A stretch of 42,045 bases of DNA from Limisphaerales bacterium (GTDB taxonomy: Bacteria; Verrucomicrobiota; Verrucomicrobiia; Limisphaerales; SIBE01), in NCBI GenBank assembly GCA_044225505.1, contig JBGAIN010000060.1, positions 1-42,045 of the forward strand, written 5' to 3'. Position 1 is the stretch's first letter; each line of letters begins with the position of its first letter. The notes under the pieces are model-generated. The model had not been told where the DNA came from and did no database searches. It saw only the letters and a program-made list of their open reading frames with translations. Positions 27,724-37,112 of the stretch are shown piece after piece. The position numbers were made by a program, and so were the translations under genes.

Positions 27724-28827
27724 ATGAAAACGATTCTTACGTTTGTGGTGGCGGCGTTCGGCCTGACCTCTGGTGTCCAAGCCCAGCAAGCTTTTCATTG
27801 GCGTCTCTCGGCCAAGGTGATCCTCGGTCCTTCCGACACCTGGCCGGGCCCCGACAGCGGCTTGGACCGGACAAATTTGAGTTCTCCGGAGGCTATTCGC
27901 CGCCAGGTCGACATCGCCAACCGAATCCTCCGCAACTCTGGATTATCCGCTCAGGTGTTCTTAACGGGGGTGGAGACCATTGGTGGGCTCGCGGCTCCCG
28001 ACATCACTGGCAAATGGTTCAACGTGAATGTCCGTGACTCGGATAATCGAAGCAGCCTGGAGAATGATGCTTATCCGGACCGGCGCTACCGGTTCTATGG
28101 CAATGCCATCAACGTCTATATCAACAACAGCACCAGTTCCGGAGTTTGCTCGATTCCTGGAGACTTCGGCTTCCTGGACCTGGACGACGATGACGACGAT
28201 ATCCTTTTGCTCGGCCAGGGAGCGCCGGACGATACGGTCTTGCACGAGATGGGTCATTATCTCGGCTTGTACCATACGCAAGGGAGCAATTGCGCGAGTT
28301 GCGGGGAGGATGGCAAACAGCCGGGCGACTGCGACGACGATGACGTGACCGACACGATCAAGGATAGTGATTGCTGGGCTAATCCCGATGTCATTGCCCG
28401 AAACAACTTCGGTATCGGCTACGGAGCGCTCAACCCTTCGCAACGGTGGCAGGTGGACCAGGTTTTTTGGAACGTCATGTCATATCACCAAAGCGATCAG
28501 ACCAATGCCTGGAATGAAGTCCTCACGCCGGGTCAGATCGAGCGCCTCGGGCACTACACTAATTCGGACCGGCGGGCCACCGCTTCCGGAGATGTCTGGT
28601 TCGTGAAGGCCGATGGCGACGATAGCGACGACGGCGATGAAGTCGACGACGCCTTTCGATCAGTTACCCACGCGGTGATTGAGGCGCGCGACCGCAACCC
28701 TGCCAGCCAAAACCTGTTGCTGATTCGACCTGGGACCTATCGCGAAGAGGGCGCTCTCACCATCCGACAGCCCATCACGATCAATGCTTACGCCGGCCCC
28801 GTCAGAATCGAGGCGAAGGGTCGATGA
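27724..28827 (+). CDS. Secreted metzincin Zn metalloprotease, M43 (pappalysin/ulilysin)-like
   Basis: Signal peptide ending VQA-Q; INVYI; HEMGHYLGLYH; D.VTDT; Met-turn NVMSY; C-terminal WFV...GDD..DG...AF.SV..A...IRPGTYRE (DUF1565-like cap). Confidence 0.8.
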   Translation: MKTILTFVVAAFGLTSGVQAQQAFHWRLSAKVILGPSDTWPGPDSGLDRTNLSSPEAIRRQVDIANRILRNSGLSAQVFLTGVETIGGLAAPDITGKWFNVNVRDSDNRSSLENDAYPDRRYRFYGNAINVYINNSTSSGVCSIPGDFGFLDLDDDDDDILLLGQGAPDDTVLHEMGHYLGLYHTQGSNCASCGEDGKQPGDCDDDDVTDTIKDSDCWANPDVIARNNFGIGYGALNPSQRWQVDQVFWNVMSYHQSDQTNAWNEVLTPGQIERLGHYTNSDRRATASGDVWFVKADGDDSDDGDEVDDAFRSVTHAVIEARDRNPASQNLLLIRPGTYREEGALTIRQPITINAYAGPVRIEAKGR

Positions 28828-28840
28828 CAGTGCTTCATTT

Positions 28841-30658
28841 GTGAAAAACCAACTGAGAACAACCATCCGACGCTGGCTGTGGCTGAGCCTTGGCTCAGCC
28901 TTTGCAGGCACTTGGCTGACTGCGGCTCCGGCGATGGAACGAGCCTCGTTTACGAGCGGCGGCTGGAGCGAGGCTGGAACCTATGCGGTTTTCGGATGCA
29001 TTGGACAAGCGGTAATCGGCAATTACACCAACGCTTCCTCAAACCTCGAGTCTGGCCTCCTCGTTGGCGCAGCGGGATTGAGAGAACTGATCCGCAATGG
29101 GGGGTTTGAAGAACCCGCGCGATCAGGTGACGGGGTCTTCTACTCAACCGACGCAACGTTCTCGCTGCCTGGTTGGAAGTATCCCCTCGGCGGCAATCAA
29201 TTCTTCTTGGAATACGGTCAACCCTTCGGCGTTCCCAGGTTCCATTCGGGGCGCCAAGTGGTGACCCTCAATTCGGACGGCGGTCGTGGTGAATTGAGCC
29301 AGGTTCTCCGGACACGGCCAGGAGGAACTTATCGGTTGCGATTTGCCTGGGCGGAGGAAGGGGGCAGTCGTCCTAGCCCCGCCGAATTGGAGGTCAGCGT
29401 GGGTTCCTTGTCTACGAACGTGACCTTGGGCGATCGTCTCGGCTTCGCCTTGGAATCGTTCGATTTTGTTGCCCTATCGAATCGCACCGTGCTTCGATTC
29501 GTCGATCGTACCCCTGCCAATTCGGCGTTGCATAGCCCATTGCTGGACGATGTTTCTGTCGTCGGCCCGCCCTCCCTGGAGCGGCTGCCCAAGCCCGGCG
29601 ATTGGCTCGCCCGGTGGTTTTACTCACGCGGAAGCAATGCGATCTACCAGGTTTTTTCCGCTGCCCGCGATGGTTCAGATGAACAGCCAGTGGCCGAAGG
29701 CCGGCAATGTCGCCTTTCTCCGGACGGACGATGGTTGGTGGTGGAGCGTGGTGCGACAGAAGCGGGTTACGGCGGGGACTTATGGCTTCGAAATATGATT
29801 TCTGGGGAAGAGGAACTCCTGGTCGATAACGGCGATTGGATTGTCGGGTTTGGCTGGTTTCCCGATTCCACCGAGATTATCTACGACTCGGCCGGAAGCA
29901 TTCGCCGGTTACAAATTGCGACGCATCGCGATCTTACAACCGCGCTACGGTCCGATGGTTATGATGACGCGCCGGCAGCGAATCCACGCTACGCCGGGCA
30001 TTTCGTCTGGCACAATATCAACCGCGGCCTCGGCTACGGAGTGATCTACACCAATTCACTGGTGGACGGTGAGGTCCGGTTTCCGCCAGACACCGTTCGC
30101 GCCTACGCTTACCCGGACTGGGCACCCGATGGTCTATCGACCTGTTATACCGACGGGCAAAACCTTTTTACGGCATCGTATCCCTTCAACGCATCTTTTG
30201 TCGCCAAACTGACTGGGTTGGAACAGTCCGATCGGCTGAACATTACGCCGCGCTGGCATCCGGATGGAACTCGGGTCTATGCCGCTGGCATCATTGCGGG
30301 CCGATCCGGGATTTATGAAGTTTCCGCGCGAGGCGGCGTGCCGGTTCGGGTGCCTCTGCCGGAAGGCCTCCCGATCGCGTGGATTGGCCAAGTGCCGAGC
30401 GGTGGGACGGCCGCCCCGCTGCCCGTGCCCCGGATTACTCTGAGGCCCGATCCAGGCCAGTTCGGGCGAGTCATCGTCCGCCTTGCCTTGCCCGTGGAAG
30501 GGGATCTGGCACCCGAATACATCGAAGAACTCGGGGCTTCCGGGGATTCATGGAGACCGGTGGCGGAAGTGCCGATCGTCCAGGACGGAGATCGTGTTTG
30601 GGACCTGACCGTGCCGGTGGGGAATCGCTCCCGGTTCTTCCGCGTGCGGGGTAAATGA
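28841..30658 (+). CDS. Secreted multidomain protein: DUF642-like jelly-roll, TolB/PD40-like beta-propeller and C-terminal sorting-like domain
   Basis: GTG 28841 gives a signal peptide; LIRNGGFEEP...LSQ...T.PG.TY.L.F...LLDDVSV; repeats LSPDGRW, WFPDS, WAPDG, WHPDG; ends SRFFRVRGK. Confidence 0.72.
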   Translation: MKNQLRTTIRRWLWLSLGSAFAGTWLTAAPAMERASFTSGGWSEAGTYAVFGCIGQAVIGNYTNASSNLESGLLVGAAGLRELIRNGGFEEPARSGDGVFYSTDATFSLPGWKYPLGGNQFFLEYGQPFGVPRFHSGRQVVTLNSDGGRGELSQVLRTRPGGTYRLRFAWAEEGGSRPSPAELEVSVGSLSTNVTLGDRLGFALESFDFVALSNRTVLRFVDRTPANSALHSPLLDDVSVVGPPSLERLPKPGDWLARWFYSRGSNAIYQVFSAARDGSDEQPVAEGRQCRLSPDGRWLVVERGATEAGYGGDLWLRNMISGEEELLVDNGDWIVGFGWFPDSTEIIYDSAGSIRRLQIATHRDLTTALRSDGYDDAPAANPRYAGHFVWHNINRGLGYGVIYTNSLVDGEVRFPPDTVRAYAYPDWAPDGLSTCYTDGQNLFTASYPFNASFVAKLTGLEQSDRLNITPRWHPDGTRVYAAGIIAGRSGIYEVSARGGVPVRVPLPEGLPIAWIGQVPSGGTAAPLPVPRITLRPDPGQFGRVIVRLALPVEGDLAPEYIEELGASGDSWRPVAEVPIVQDGDRVWDLTVPVGNRSRFFRVRGK

Positions 30659-30779
30659 CGGTGCGAATGCTGGAGGGTTTTATGCAATCGATGCGTTGTG
30701 GACATCTCGGTTGGATGCTGCCGGTGAGGTCATGTAAGGCTCGACCTATCCGTCCGGGGTTCCTTACTGTCGTTGGTCG

Positions 30780-31502
30780 GTGCCAGACGCAGCAGAACAG
30801 CCCAGCCTATTCGAGAATACCCGGTGGAGCCGGGTCCGGGTGGCGGCTGGACATTCGCAGGAGAGCCTGGCGGCCTTGGATGAGCTTTGTTGCGGGTACT
30901 GGCCACCGCTCTATGGATATTTGCGGCAGCGCGGTTTGAATGAGCATGACGCGAAGGACCTGCTCCAGGGCTTCTTTGCACGATTCTTGAGCCGTAACGA
31001 TTTTGGGCGAGCTGATCCGTCCAAAGGGAAGTTTCGAAGCTACTTGGTAGGAGCATTGGAGAATTTCCTGGTGAGCGACGCCCGAGAACGGGGGGCACTG
31101 ATGCGGGGCGGGGGAAGAATCCACGTCTCGATCGATTCGACGGACGCGGAGAGATTGTGTTCATCCGGGGTGGCGCCCGATGTATCGGCCGAGGAGCGCT
31201 TTGACCGGCAGTGGGTGGAAACTCTCCTGAGCCGCGCTCTGGATAAGCTGTCCGCCGAACAAGCTGGAGCGGGACAGAAAGAGTCTTTTGACCGCCTGCT
31301 TCCTTGGTTGACCACGCCGCCCGATTCCGGAACCTATCAAACGATTGCGGCTGAACTTGGGAAAAGCCCAGCCGCCATCGCTATGATCATGAAACGGCTG
31401 CGACAGCGGTTCCGGGAATTGGTTCGCGCCGAGGTGCGAGACACTTGCCGGACGCCGCACGACTTTGAAGAAGAATGGTCATCGTTAATGGCAGCACTTT
31501 GA
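30780..31502 (+). CDS. ECF sigma factor, kinase-associated PVC type
   Basis: F.NTRWS.V..A, ALDELC..YW.PLY.YLR, DA.DL.QGFF, KGKFRSYL, FDRQW, region-4 HTH Y..IAAELG.S...RLR.RF. Abuts the kinase gene. Confidence 0.9.
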   Translation: MPDAAEQPSLFENTRWSRVRVAAGHSQESLAALDELCCGYWPPLYGYLRQRGLNEHDAKDLLQGFFARFLSRNDFGRADPSKGKFRSYLVGALENFLVSDARERGALMRGGGRIHVSIDSTDAERLCSSGVAPDVSAEERFDRQWVETLLSRALDKLSAEQAGAGQKESFDRLLPWLTTPPDSGTYQTIAAELGKSPAAIAMIMKRLRQRFRELVRAEVRDTCRTPHDFEEEWSSLMAAL

Positions 31503-34500
31503 GTGCGTGCAATGGTTTCTAGCCGCACATGCCTGAGCTGTGGCGCTCCCTTAGTCGATCGCCTAGGGCAAGGCCCTTGTCCTCGGTGTTTGGCTCGCCT
31601 GGCCTGGGGTTCCGACGACCCCACGGCCGATCCTGATTCGGTTCTGTTTTCTCCCAAGCGCATTGGCAACTACTTCCTCGGCACTGAGATTGCCCGCGGT
31701 GGCATGGGAGTCGTCTACCGCGCGACGCAACACGGCTTGAATCGGCCCGTGGCGGTTAAGGTTCTACTGAACGGCCCATTCAGTGACCGCGAGTCTCGCG
31801 AACGCTTTTTAGCTGAAGCTCGCACTGCGGCGGCTTTGCGGCATCCGGGAATCGTCGCGGTTCACGAAGTTGGGCTGGCGGACGGCCAGCCCTTCTTTTC
31901 CATGGACCTGGTTGAGGGATCCAACCTGGCGGCACTGGTGAGCGGTCAACCCCTATCGGCGGCCCGAGCCGTGAGATATATGCTCCAGGTGGCCCAGGCC
32001 GTGGCGCACGCCCATCAGCAGGGCGTGCTGCACCGCGACCTGAAACCTTCTAATATCCTGATCGATGACGCGACCGACGAAACTCGCGTCACGGATTTTG
32101 GATTGGCCAAGCAGACCACCCTGGGCGCTGCACCAGCGAATCTCACTCAATCTGGAAGCCAGCTCGGGTCCCCCCAGTACATGCCGCCCGAACAGATCGA
32201 GTCCCGCCCGGGCGGAGCGTCGCCAGCGAGTGATGTCTGGTCCCTCGGAGTTATCTTTTATGAATTGCTGACCGGCCGCCCTCCGTTTAACGGGGATGGC
32301 CCCATGGCCATCTTCCGCCAAGTCCTGCAGGAAGATGCCGTTTCTCCTAAACGGTTGAATCCGGGGGTTCCCCAGGATTTGGAAACGATTTGCCTCAAGT
32401 GTCTGCGAAAAGATCCTCGGCAGCGCTATCCGGACGCAGCCGCTTTGCTGGACGAACTTCGGCGGTTCGAACGACACGAGCCGATCCAGGCTCGCCCCGT
32501 TTCATTCTTGGAAAAGGCCAGCCTCTGGAGCCGCCGCAACCCAGCCCTGGCCGGAGCGATCGGGCTCGCCTTCCTGCTCGCCTTCGCGGGCACGCTCGGA
32601 ATTATCGTGCAATGGCGCCGTGCGGAGCGGCTCAGATTCCGGGCGGAAGACCAGGCCCGCCGTGCTGAGGCTTTCTCGGTCGACGCTTCCCTGCAGGCTT
32701 ACGCAGCCGACATGCGAGTCGCCTCAGACGCGTTTCGCGACGGCAATCTAGGCCTGGCACGGGATCGGTTGAACGCCTGGATACCTCGGCCTGGCACCGT
32801 TGACCGGCGTGAGTTTACCTGGCGATATTTGTCCCGGGAGGTCGAATCGCAATCTTTAGGTGTCATTGGAAGACTGGACTGGATCGTCACCAGTGTCGCT
32901 TGCTCTTCGGACGGCCAGTGGTTCGCCGCCGCGGGCATGAACTCGCCAGCCAAGGTCTGGAATGCGGGTACTTTGGCCTTTGCGGCGTCGTTCACCAATC
33001 GCATTGGGACCTGGCAGGTCGGCTTCATGCCGAACGGGCAGCACCTGCTGGTAGGTGGGGCCGATGGATGGGTGCGCATTTATTCCTGGCCGCAGGCCCG
33101 GTGGGTCGCCGAATTCCCAGGCCAAACCTTCTCGATCTCCGCGGACGGCCGTCGGATGGTGACCTGCGCAGGAAATCCGAATCAATGGGAAGTTTCACCT
33201 GGAATGGTGCGCCTTTGGGAGTTGACGTCGGATCCCGCGACCTGGGCCACGATCTCTGCCACGCCGAAATGGACGTCGGCCACGGCCGATCTAGTTCGGG
33301 CGACTGTCTCTCCAGACGGACAACGGGTCGTGACCACCGATGGGCGTGAGTCATTGCAATGGCTGGATGCCGCCACCGGCATCGAGACCGGCCATGCCGC
33401 CCTGAGAGGGCGCGCCTGGACCCTGAATTTTTCACCCGATGGTCGCAGGCTGGCGATCTCGGGCTGGGGTGATTCCGTCCGTATTTTCGACGTCTCGCGG
33501 CCAGCGGAAGAGCCTCGGATTCTTCGAATTGCTGGGACTGACTTGCTCGATGTGGCCTGGAGTCCGGACGGACAAAAGCTCGCCGTGTCAGCCACCACTG
33601 ACCGGCGATTGCGGATCCTCGAGGCGCAGTCCGGCCGAACCTGGCTTACGCTCGGCGGGCATGACGACGAAGCCTGGGCGGTCAGTTTCACTCCCGACGG
33701 CGATCGGTTGCTGAGCGGCAGTAAGGACCAGAGCGTTCAATTGTGGAGCGCGGAGCCCCGTCCAGCGGCCCGGGAAGTGGCGTCACCGAGTTGGTCTGTG
33801 CCCGTCTGGATGGACTCGACCAACCTGCTGGTGCCCAGCGCCAATTCCCAGAGCGCGCTGTGGAACGTTCACTCCGGCATTATCACCAGGACACTGGATG
33901 GTGTTGGAATCGGGCCTGGCCCTGTGCCCAGTTCGGCTTGGATACAAACGGCAGGCAACGAAGTTCGTTTTCAAACAGCCGATGGAAAACTCACGGCACC
34001 GGTTCGCCTCCAGCACCACCAGGCCTCCGATCCGGCCGGGCTCCGCTACCATGCCCTGAGCGGCACGTTCTGGAACCTGTTTCCGAACGGTACTTTTCTC
34101 GAGTGGGACGCGCAGAGCGGAAAGCAAATCGACGGGTTTCCCACCGTGGCCTTCCCTTACGGGTTCCCTTATGAGCGCTCCCCGAACGGTTCGAGTTTGG
34201 CGGTGGGTGGCCTGACCAACGGTGTGCAGATATTCGCGATTCCAGGCGGACGTTTGCTCTGGCAGGCGCCGCTGCGAGCGGGCGCGCACATGGATTCCGT
34301 CGACGCTTTCGCCTTTTCCCCGGATGGCCGACTGCTGGCCTCGGGGGGACGGGATGGAAAGCTTCTGCTTTGGGATGCGGCGCGAGGCACACGAATTGCC
34401 GAACTCGCTGGTCACCGCGGCAACGTCAATGCCATTGCCTGGAGCCCCGACGGATTAACCCTGGCTACCACGGAAGCGCCGCTTGGAATTCGACTTTTCC

Positions 34501-34688
34501 ATCTTCCCACGCGACGCGAGACGGCGCTATTACCTATCCCTAACGTGCTCTACTGGCTCAAATTTTCCCCGGACGGCCAAGCCTTAGCCGTATTGGTTCG
34601 AGATCCCGGAACTCCGTTGGATCAACCGACGCTCCGGGTTCGATTGGTTTCGGCACCGGTCCCGGAGGCTCATCTTCCTGGGCGGTGA
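31503..34688 (+). CDS. Hanks-type Ser/Thr protein kinase with hydrophobic segment and WD40 repeats
   Basis: N-terminal CxxC..CxxC; RGGMGVVY, VAVK, HRDLKPSN, DFG, YMPPE, SDVWSLG; hydrophobic ALAGAIGLAFLLAFAGTLGIIVQW; many (F/W)SPDG and GH...W(D/S) WD40 repeats. Start may be ATG 31512. Confidence 0.95.
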   Translation: MRAMVSSRTCLSCGAPLVDRLGQGPCPRCLARLAWGSDDPTADPDSVLFSPKRIGNYFLGTEIARGGMGVVYRATQHGLNRPVAVKVLLNGPFSDRESRERFLAEARTAAALRHPGIVAVHEVGLADGQPFFSMDLVEGSNLAALVSGQPLSAARAVRYMLQVAQAVAHAHQQGVLHRDLKPSNILIDDATDETRVTDFGLAKQTTLGAAPANLTQSGSQLGSPQYMPPEQIESRPGGASPASDVWSLGVIFYELLTGRPPFNGDGPMAIFRQVLQEDAVSPKRLNPGVPQDLETICLKCLRKDPRQRYPDAAALLDELRRFERHEPIQARPVSFLEKASLWSRRNPALAGAIGLAFLLAFAGTLGIIVQWRRAERLRFRAEDQARRAEAFSVDASLQAYAADMRVASDAFRDGNLGLARDRLNAWIPRPGTVDRREFTWRYLSREVESQSLGVIGRLDWIVTSVACSSDGQWFAAAGMNSPAKVWNAGTLAFAASFTNRIGTWQVGFMPNGQHLLVGGADGWVRIYSWPQARWVAEFPGQTFSISADGRRMVTCAGNPNQWEVSPGMVRLWELTSDPATWATISATPKWTSATADLVRATVSPDGQRVVTTDGRESLQWLDAATGIETGHAALRGRAWTLNFSPDGRRLAISGWGDSVRIFDVSRPAEEPRILRIAGTDLLDVAWSPDGQKLAVSATTDRRLRILEAQSGRTWLTLGGHDDEAWAVSFTPDGDRLLSGSKDQSVQLWSAEPRPAAREVASPSWSVPVWMDSTNLLVPSANSQSALWNVHSGIITRTLDGVGIGPGPVPSSAWIQTAGNEVRFQTADGKLTAPVRLQHHQASDPAGLRYHALSGTFWNLFPNGTFLEWDAQSGKQIDGFPTVAFPYGFPYERSPNGSSLAVGGLTNGVQIFAIPGGRLLWQAPLRAGAHMDSVDAFAFSPDGRLLASGGRDGKLLLWDAARGTRIAELAGHRGNVNAIAWSPDGLTLATTEAPLGIRLFHLPTRRETALLPIPNVLYWLKFSPDGQALAVLVRDPGTPLDQPTLRVRLVSAPVPEAHLPGR

Positions 34689-34942
34689 GATAAGCCCTGG
34701 TCCTCAGGATTCAACGGGTTCCGAGCTTTCTTTTCTTTCGCGTATGGCGGAGTGTCATCGCTGAAAACCTCTTCGATGGACAACCGAAAAAGGCGGGCAA
34801 TCTTGAAGGCCAATCCCAGACTCGGCTCGTAGCGCTCCGTCTCAATCGCGTTGACCGTTTGTCGCGAGACCTCCAGTTTCTCCGCCAGGTCAGCCTGAGA
34901 CCACTCTTTAGCGGCTCGCAGTTCACGCAGGCAGTTTTTCAT
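34670..34942 (-). CDS. XRE/Cro-CI family HTH transcriptional regulator
   Basis: MKN.LRELR...WSQADLA..L.VSRQTVNAIE..RY.PSL.LAFKIA.LF...IEEVF. ATG 34942 overlaps the upstream stop (ATGA). Confidence 0.93.
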   Translation of the reverse strand: MKNCLRELRAAKEWSQADLAEKLEVSRQTVNAIETERYEPSLGLAFKIARLFRLSIEEVFSDDTPPYAKEKKARNPLNPEDQGLSHRPGR

Positions 34943-35367
34943 TGATAGCGGCGGTTGGATAGCACAGAGCCGACAACCCAAAGCAAGAAGGTAATTGCGT
35001 AGGTCCCTTCCCACCCCAATCCGTGGGCCAACCGGCTCCCAGCCAGAACCCCAGATGCCTGGAGAAGATTCAGCGCTGTGAGAACAAAAATAGCTCCGGC
35101 CGTCGCGAAGAACCACGCTTCGTGTTGAATCCGCCGCTGCAATTCATCGAGGGCGCGGATCCAATGCGCGATGGCTCGGGCATAAAGAAAGCTCGGTGCC
35201 AACGGCAGCAGTGAAATCATCCCGCGAGTTAGTGGGCCCGAGTCGCCTTTGCTCAGATACCAATGGCCGAACGCCGAGAGGAATACGGCCACGATCGCCC
35301 AAGCATTTAACTTGAGCGCCGTGCCATAGGAGATCCGGACCGAGTCGGGAACCAGGTATGTATTCAT
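34939..35367 (-). CDS. Small 4-TM membrane protein of the type coupled to XRE regulators
   Basis: Four hydrophobic segments, LDELQRRI..EA motif, ends RRYQ; translationally coupled to the XRE gene. Confidence 0.8.
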   Translation of the reverse strand: MNTYLVPDSVRISYGTALKLNAWAIVAVFLSAFGHWYLSKGDSGPLTRGMISLLPLAPSFLYARAIAHWIRALDELQRRIQHEAWFFATAGAIFVLTALNLLQASGVLAGSRLAHGLGWEGTYAITFLLWVVGSVLSNRRYQ

Positions 35368-35373
35368 AGGAGG

Positions 35374-35412
35374 AGTGTAAAGCTTACTTGTCACGTGTCA
35401 AGTATGCTTGTC
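35374..35412 (-). promoter_or_regulatory. Sigma70 promoter overlapped by tandem imperfect palindromic operators
   Basis: Minus strand TTGACA(35401-35396)-16 nt-TACACT(35379-35374)-6 nt-ATG. Plus strand GTAAAG-N4-CTTGTC (35377-35392) and GTCAAG-N4-CTTGTC (35397-35412). Confidence 0.7.
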
Positions 35413-35545
35413 GTTGATATCTCAACGGGCACGCTGTGATGACAGATCTCTATGGTTTGCGACTCTTCACGCGCAGCCAGGTCCGAGCGGGGCGAGAACC
35501 AGGTGCCCGTGGGAATGGGGTTTTGCTTCCGGCGTCCCGTTGCGA

Positions 35546-36541
35546 TTAGGCCACCCAGGCCCGGTCCCGGTTCTGCGTCTCGGTCAGGACCTGGTTCGCG
35601 ATCGCCACGTTTTCGGCCACCTGGAAATCGAACATGCCGACCACACAGAAATCAGCACCATTGGCGAAGGCGTTCTTGAATCCGGCGCGCGGCGGAATCG
35701 CGCCCGCGGCCAGGACTTTGTAAGCGATCCAGGGGCGGTCCAACTCGGAAAAGAACCGGGCGGTGCCTTCCGGATCGAGGCACCAATAATTGTCGATGCC
35801 GTAATTGTCGATGACTTCCTTGAGCTGATCGGGTTTCCGAGCAGACCAGTAGTTGCTGGAATGGAATGTCTTCATGTAAAAGTCCGGTTTGATTCCGGCC
35901 TTTTCCACGGCCATCGGCGTGCGTAGCTCATGACCTGCCACTCCGGCAATGATTCCTTGAGCTTTAACCAGGTCTACGAACTGACCGATCCGCTCTAAAT
36001 CGCCTTCCCGCGTCCAGGTGTCACCGTAATTACCCACCAGCAGAGCGCCCACTGCTCCGGCATCAACGGATTGGTGAATTAAAGTCGCCAGGTCGTTCTT
36101 GGGCGGATCGAGCTGCGCTAGAAACTGAATCTTTCCTCCTTGGGCGCGGTATTTCCGGTAGATCTCCAGCGCGAGTTTGTCGCTCGGGTGAAAGATCATG
36201 GTATTAATCCCGTGCTCCTCGCACATAGCCCAGGTATCCATGATTTTGGCCTCGGTGAAGTAGGCCTTCAACAGTTTGGATACGTAGAGCAGATCGCGGC
36301 TGTGAGCGTAGCCCGTGATCAAGTTGCCACCGCAGATCAGCCGGCTGATCTTCACCTTCCCGATCATTCCGGTGGGAAGACTGGCTTTCGACGCGGCCGC
36401 CGGCTTCCCGGCGGAAGGCGGGGTCTCCTTCTTTTCCTGGGCCAGCAAGTGAAATTCTTCGACGCTGGCAATCAAGGGTGCTCCGATGGTTACCGCGGCC
36501 GATTTCTTAAAGAAACTCCTTCGACTTTGCCTGGCTTTCAT
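35546..36541 (-). CDS. Tat-exported conserved protein, aldo/keto-reductase-like TIM barrel
   Basis: SRRSFF Tat signal; G.VKISRLICGGN...YAH, GINT, GVAGH, IAYKVLAAGAI.P, GADF..VGM. Confidence 0.7.
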   Translation of the reverse strand: MKARQSRRSFFKKSAAVTIGAPLIASVEEFHLLAQEKKETPPSAGKPAAASKASLPTGMIGKVKISRLICGGNLITGYAHSRDLLYVSKLLKAYFTEAKIMDTWAMCEEHGINTMIFHPSDKLALEIYRKYRAQGGKIQFLAQLDPPKNDLATLIHQSVDAGAVGALLVGNYGDTWTREGDLERIGQFVDLVKAQGIIAGVAGHELRTPMAVEKAGIKPDFYMKTFHSSNYWSARKPDQLKEVIDNYGIDNYWCLDPEGTARFFSELDRPWIAYKVLAAGAIPPRAGFKNAFANGADFCVVGMFDFQVAENVAIANQVLTETQNRDRAWVA

Positions 36542-36544
36542 GAG

Positions 36545-36565
36545 GATAAGTCAAGCTGACTTATC
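36545..36565. promoter_or_regulatory. Perfect inverted repeat just upstream of the AKR-like gene start
   Basis: GATAAGTCA-AGC-TGACTTATC, 3 nt from the ATG at 36541. Confidence 0.55.
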
Positions 36566-36660
36566 AATTTATGTCACGCCTATTCCGCTAATGATCAACG
36601 AGGCCCAGCTATGTTGCTCGACATCCTGTTCCAACGGAGCGTTGAACCCGCAAAAGAGGT

Positions 36661-37104
36661 CTATCGTCGCGGCCAGATCTGACGCAGGCCCAAGAATAGG
36701 CCGCCCGCCAGCGCGAGCAGGAGTCCAGGGCTAGGCTCGGGAATATCCGGCTCAAAGCCCGTTAGGCTGAAAGATTTGAGATCCGTTAAGAACGCGGGAA
36801 ATGTCGGAGGCGTCGTGTCGTTTTGAGTTACCCCACCTGTGATCACGGAAAAGATCGAGGCTTGGCCATGCTTACCGCCAGCGGCGTCGTCGGTTACCCA
36901 TCGTGACGAGGGACCACGAGCAAGTGCGGAAGGCGAGACTACTGTCCGTCGCAACGTTCGTTCCGTCTGTGGCGTCCCAGGGTTGGCGAACGCTGATGTC
37001 TGGACGCTCAAGAATCCGTAGATCGCCGTTGACCCGTCTACAACTTCACACTTTAGCGTCGGCGTTGTCATGGCCATGACAGATTGGAAAACTAACTGAA
37101 ACAA
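36661..37104 (-). pseudogene. PEP-CTERM-tailed protein, apparently N-terminally truncated
   Basis: C-terminus IPEPSPGLLLALAGGLFLGLRQIWPRR (PEP, TM, basic tail); no signal peptide; 5' part overlaps the divergent promoter. Confidence 0.6.
37029..37059 (+). promoter_or_regulatory. MerR-type promoter with 19-bp spacer
   Basis: TTGACC-19 nt-TAGCGT upstream of the 61-aa gene; dyad symmetry in the spacer is weak. Confidence 0.55.
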
Positions 37105-37112
37105 CAGATACC

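Noticed and set aside
34943..35116. N-terminal extension of the XRE ORF
   Set aside because: Overlaps the membrane-protein gene; the coupled ATG at 34942 is the better start.
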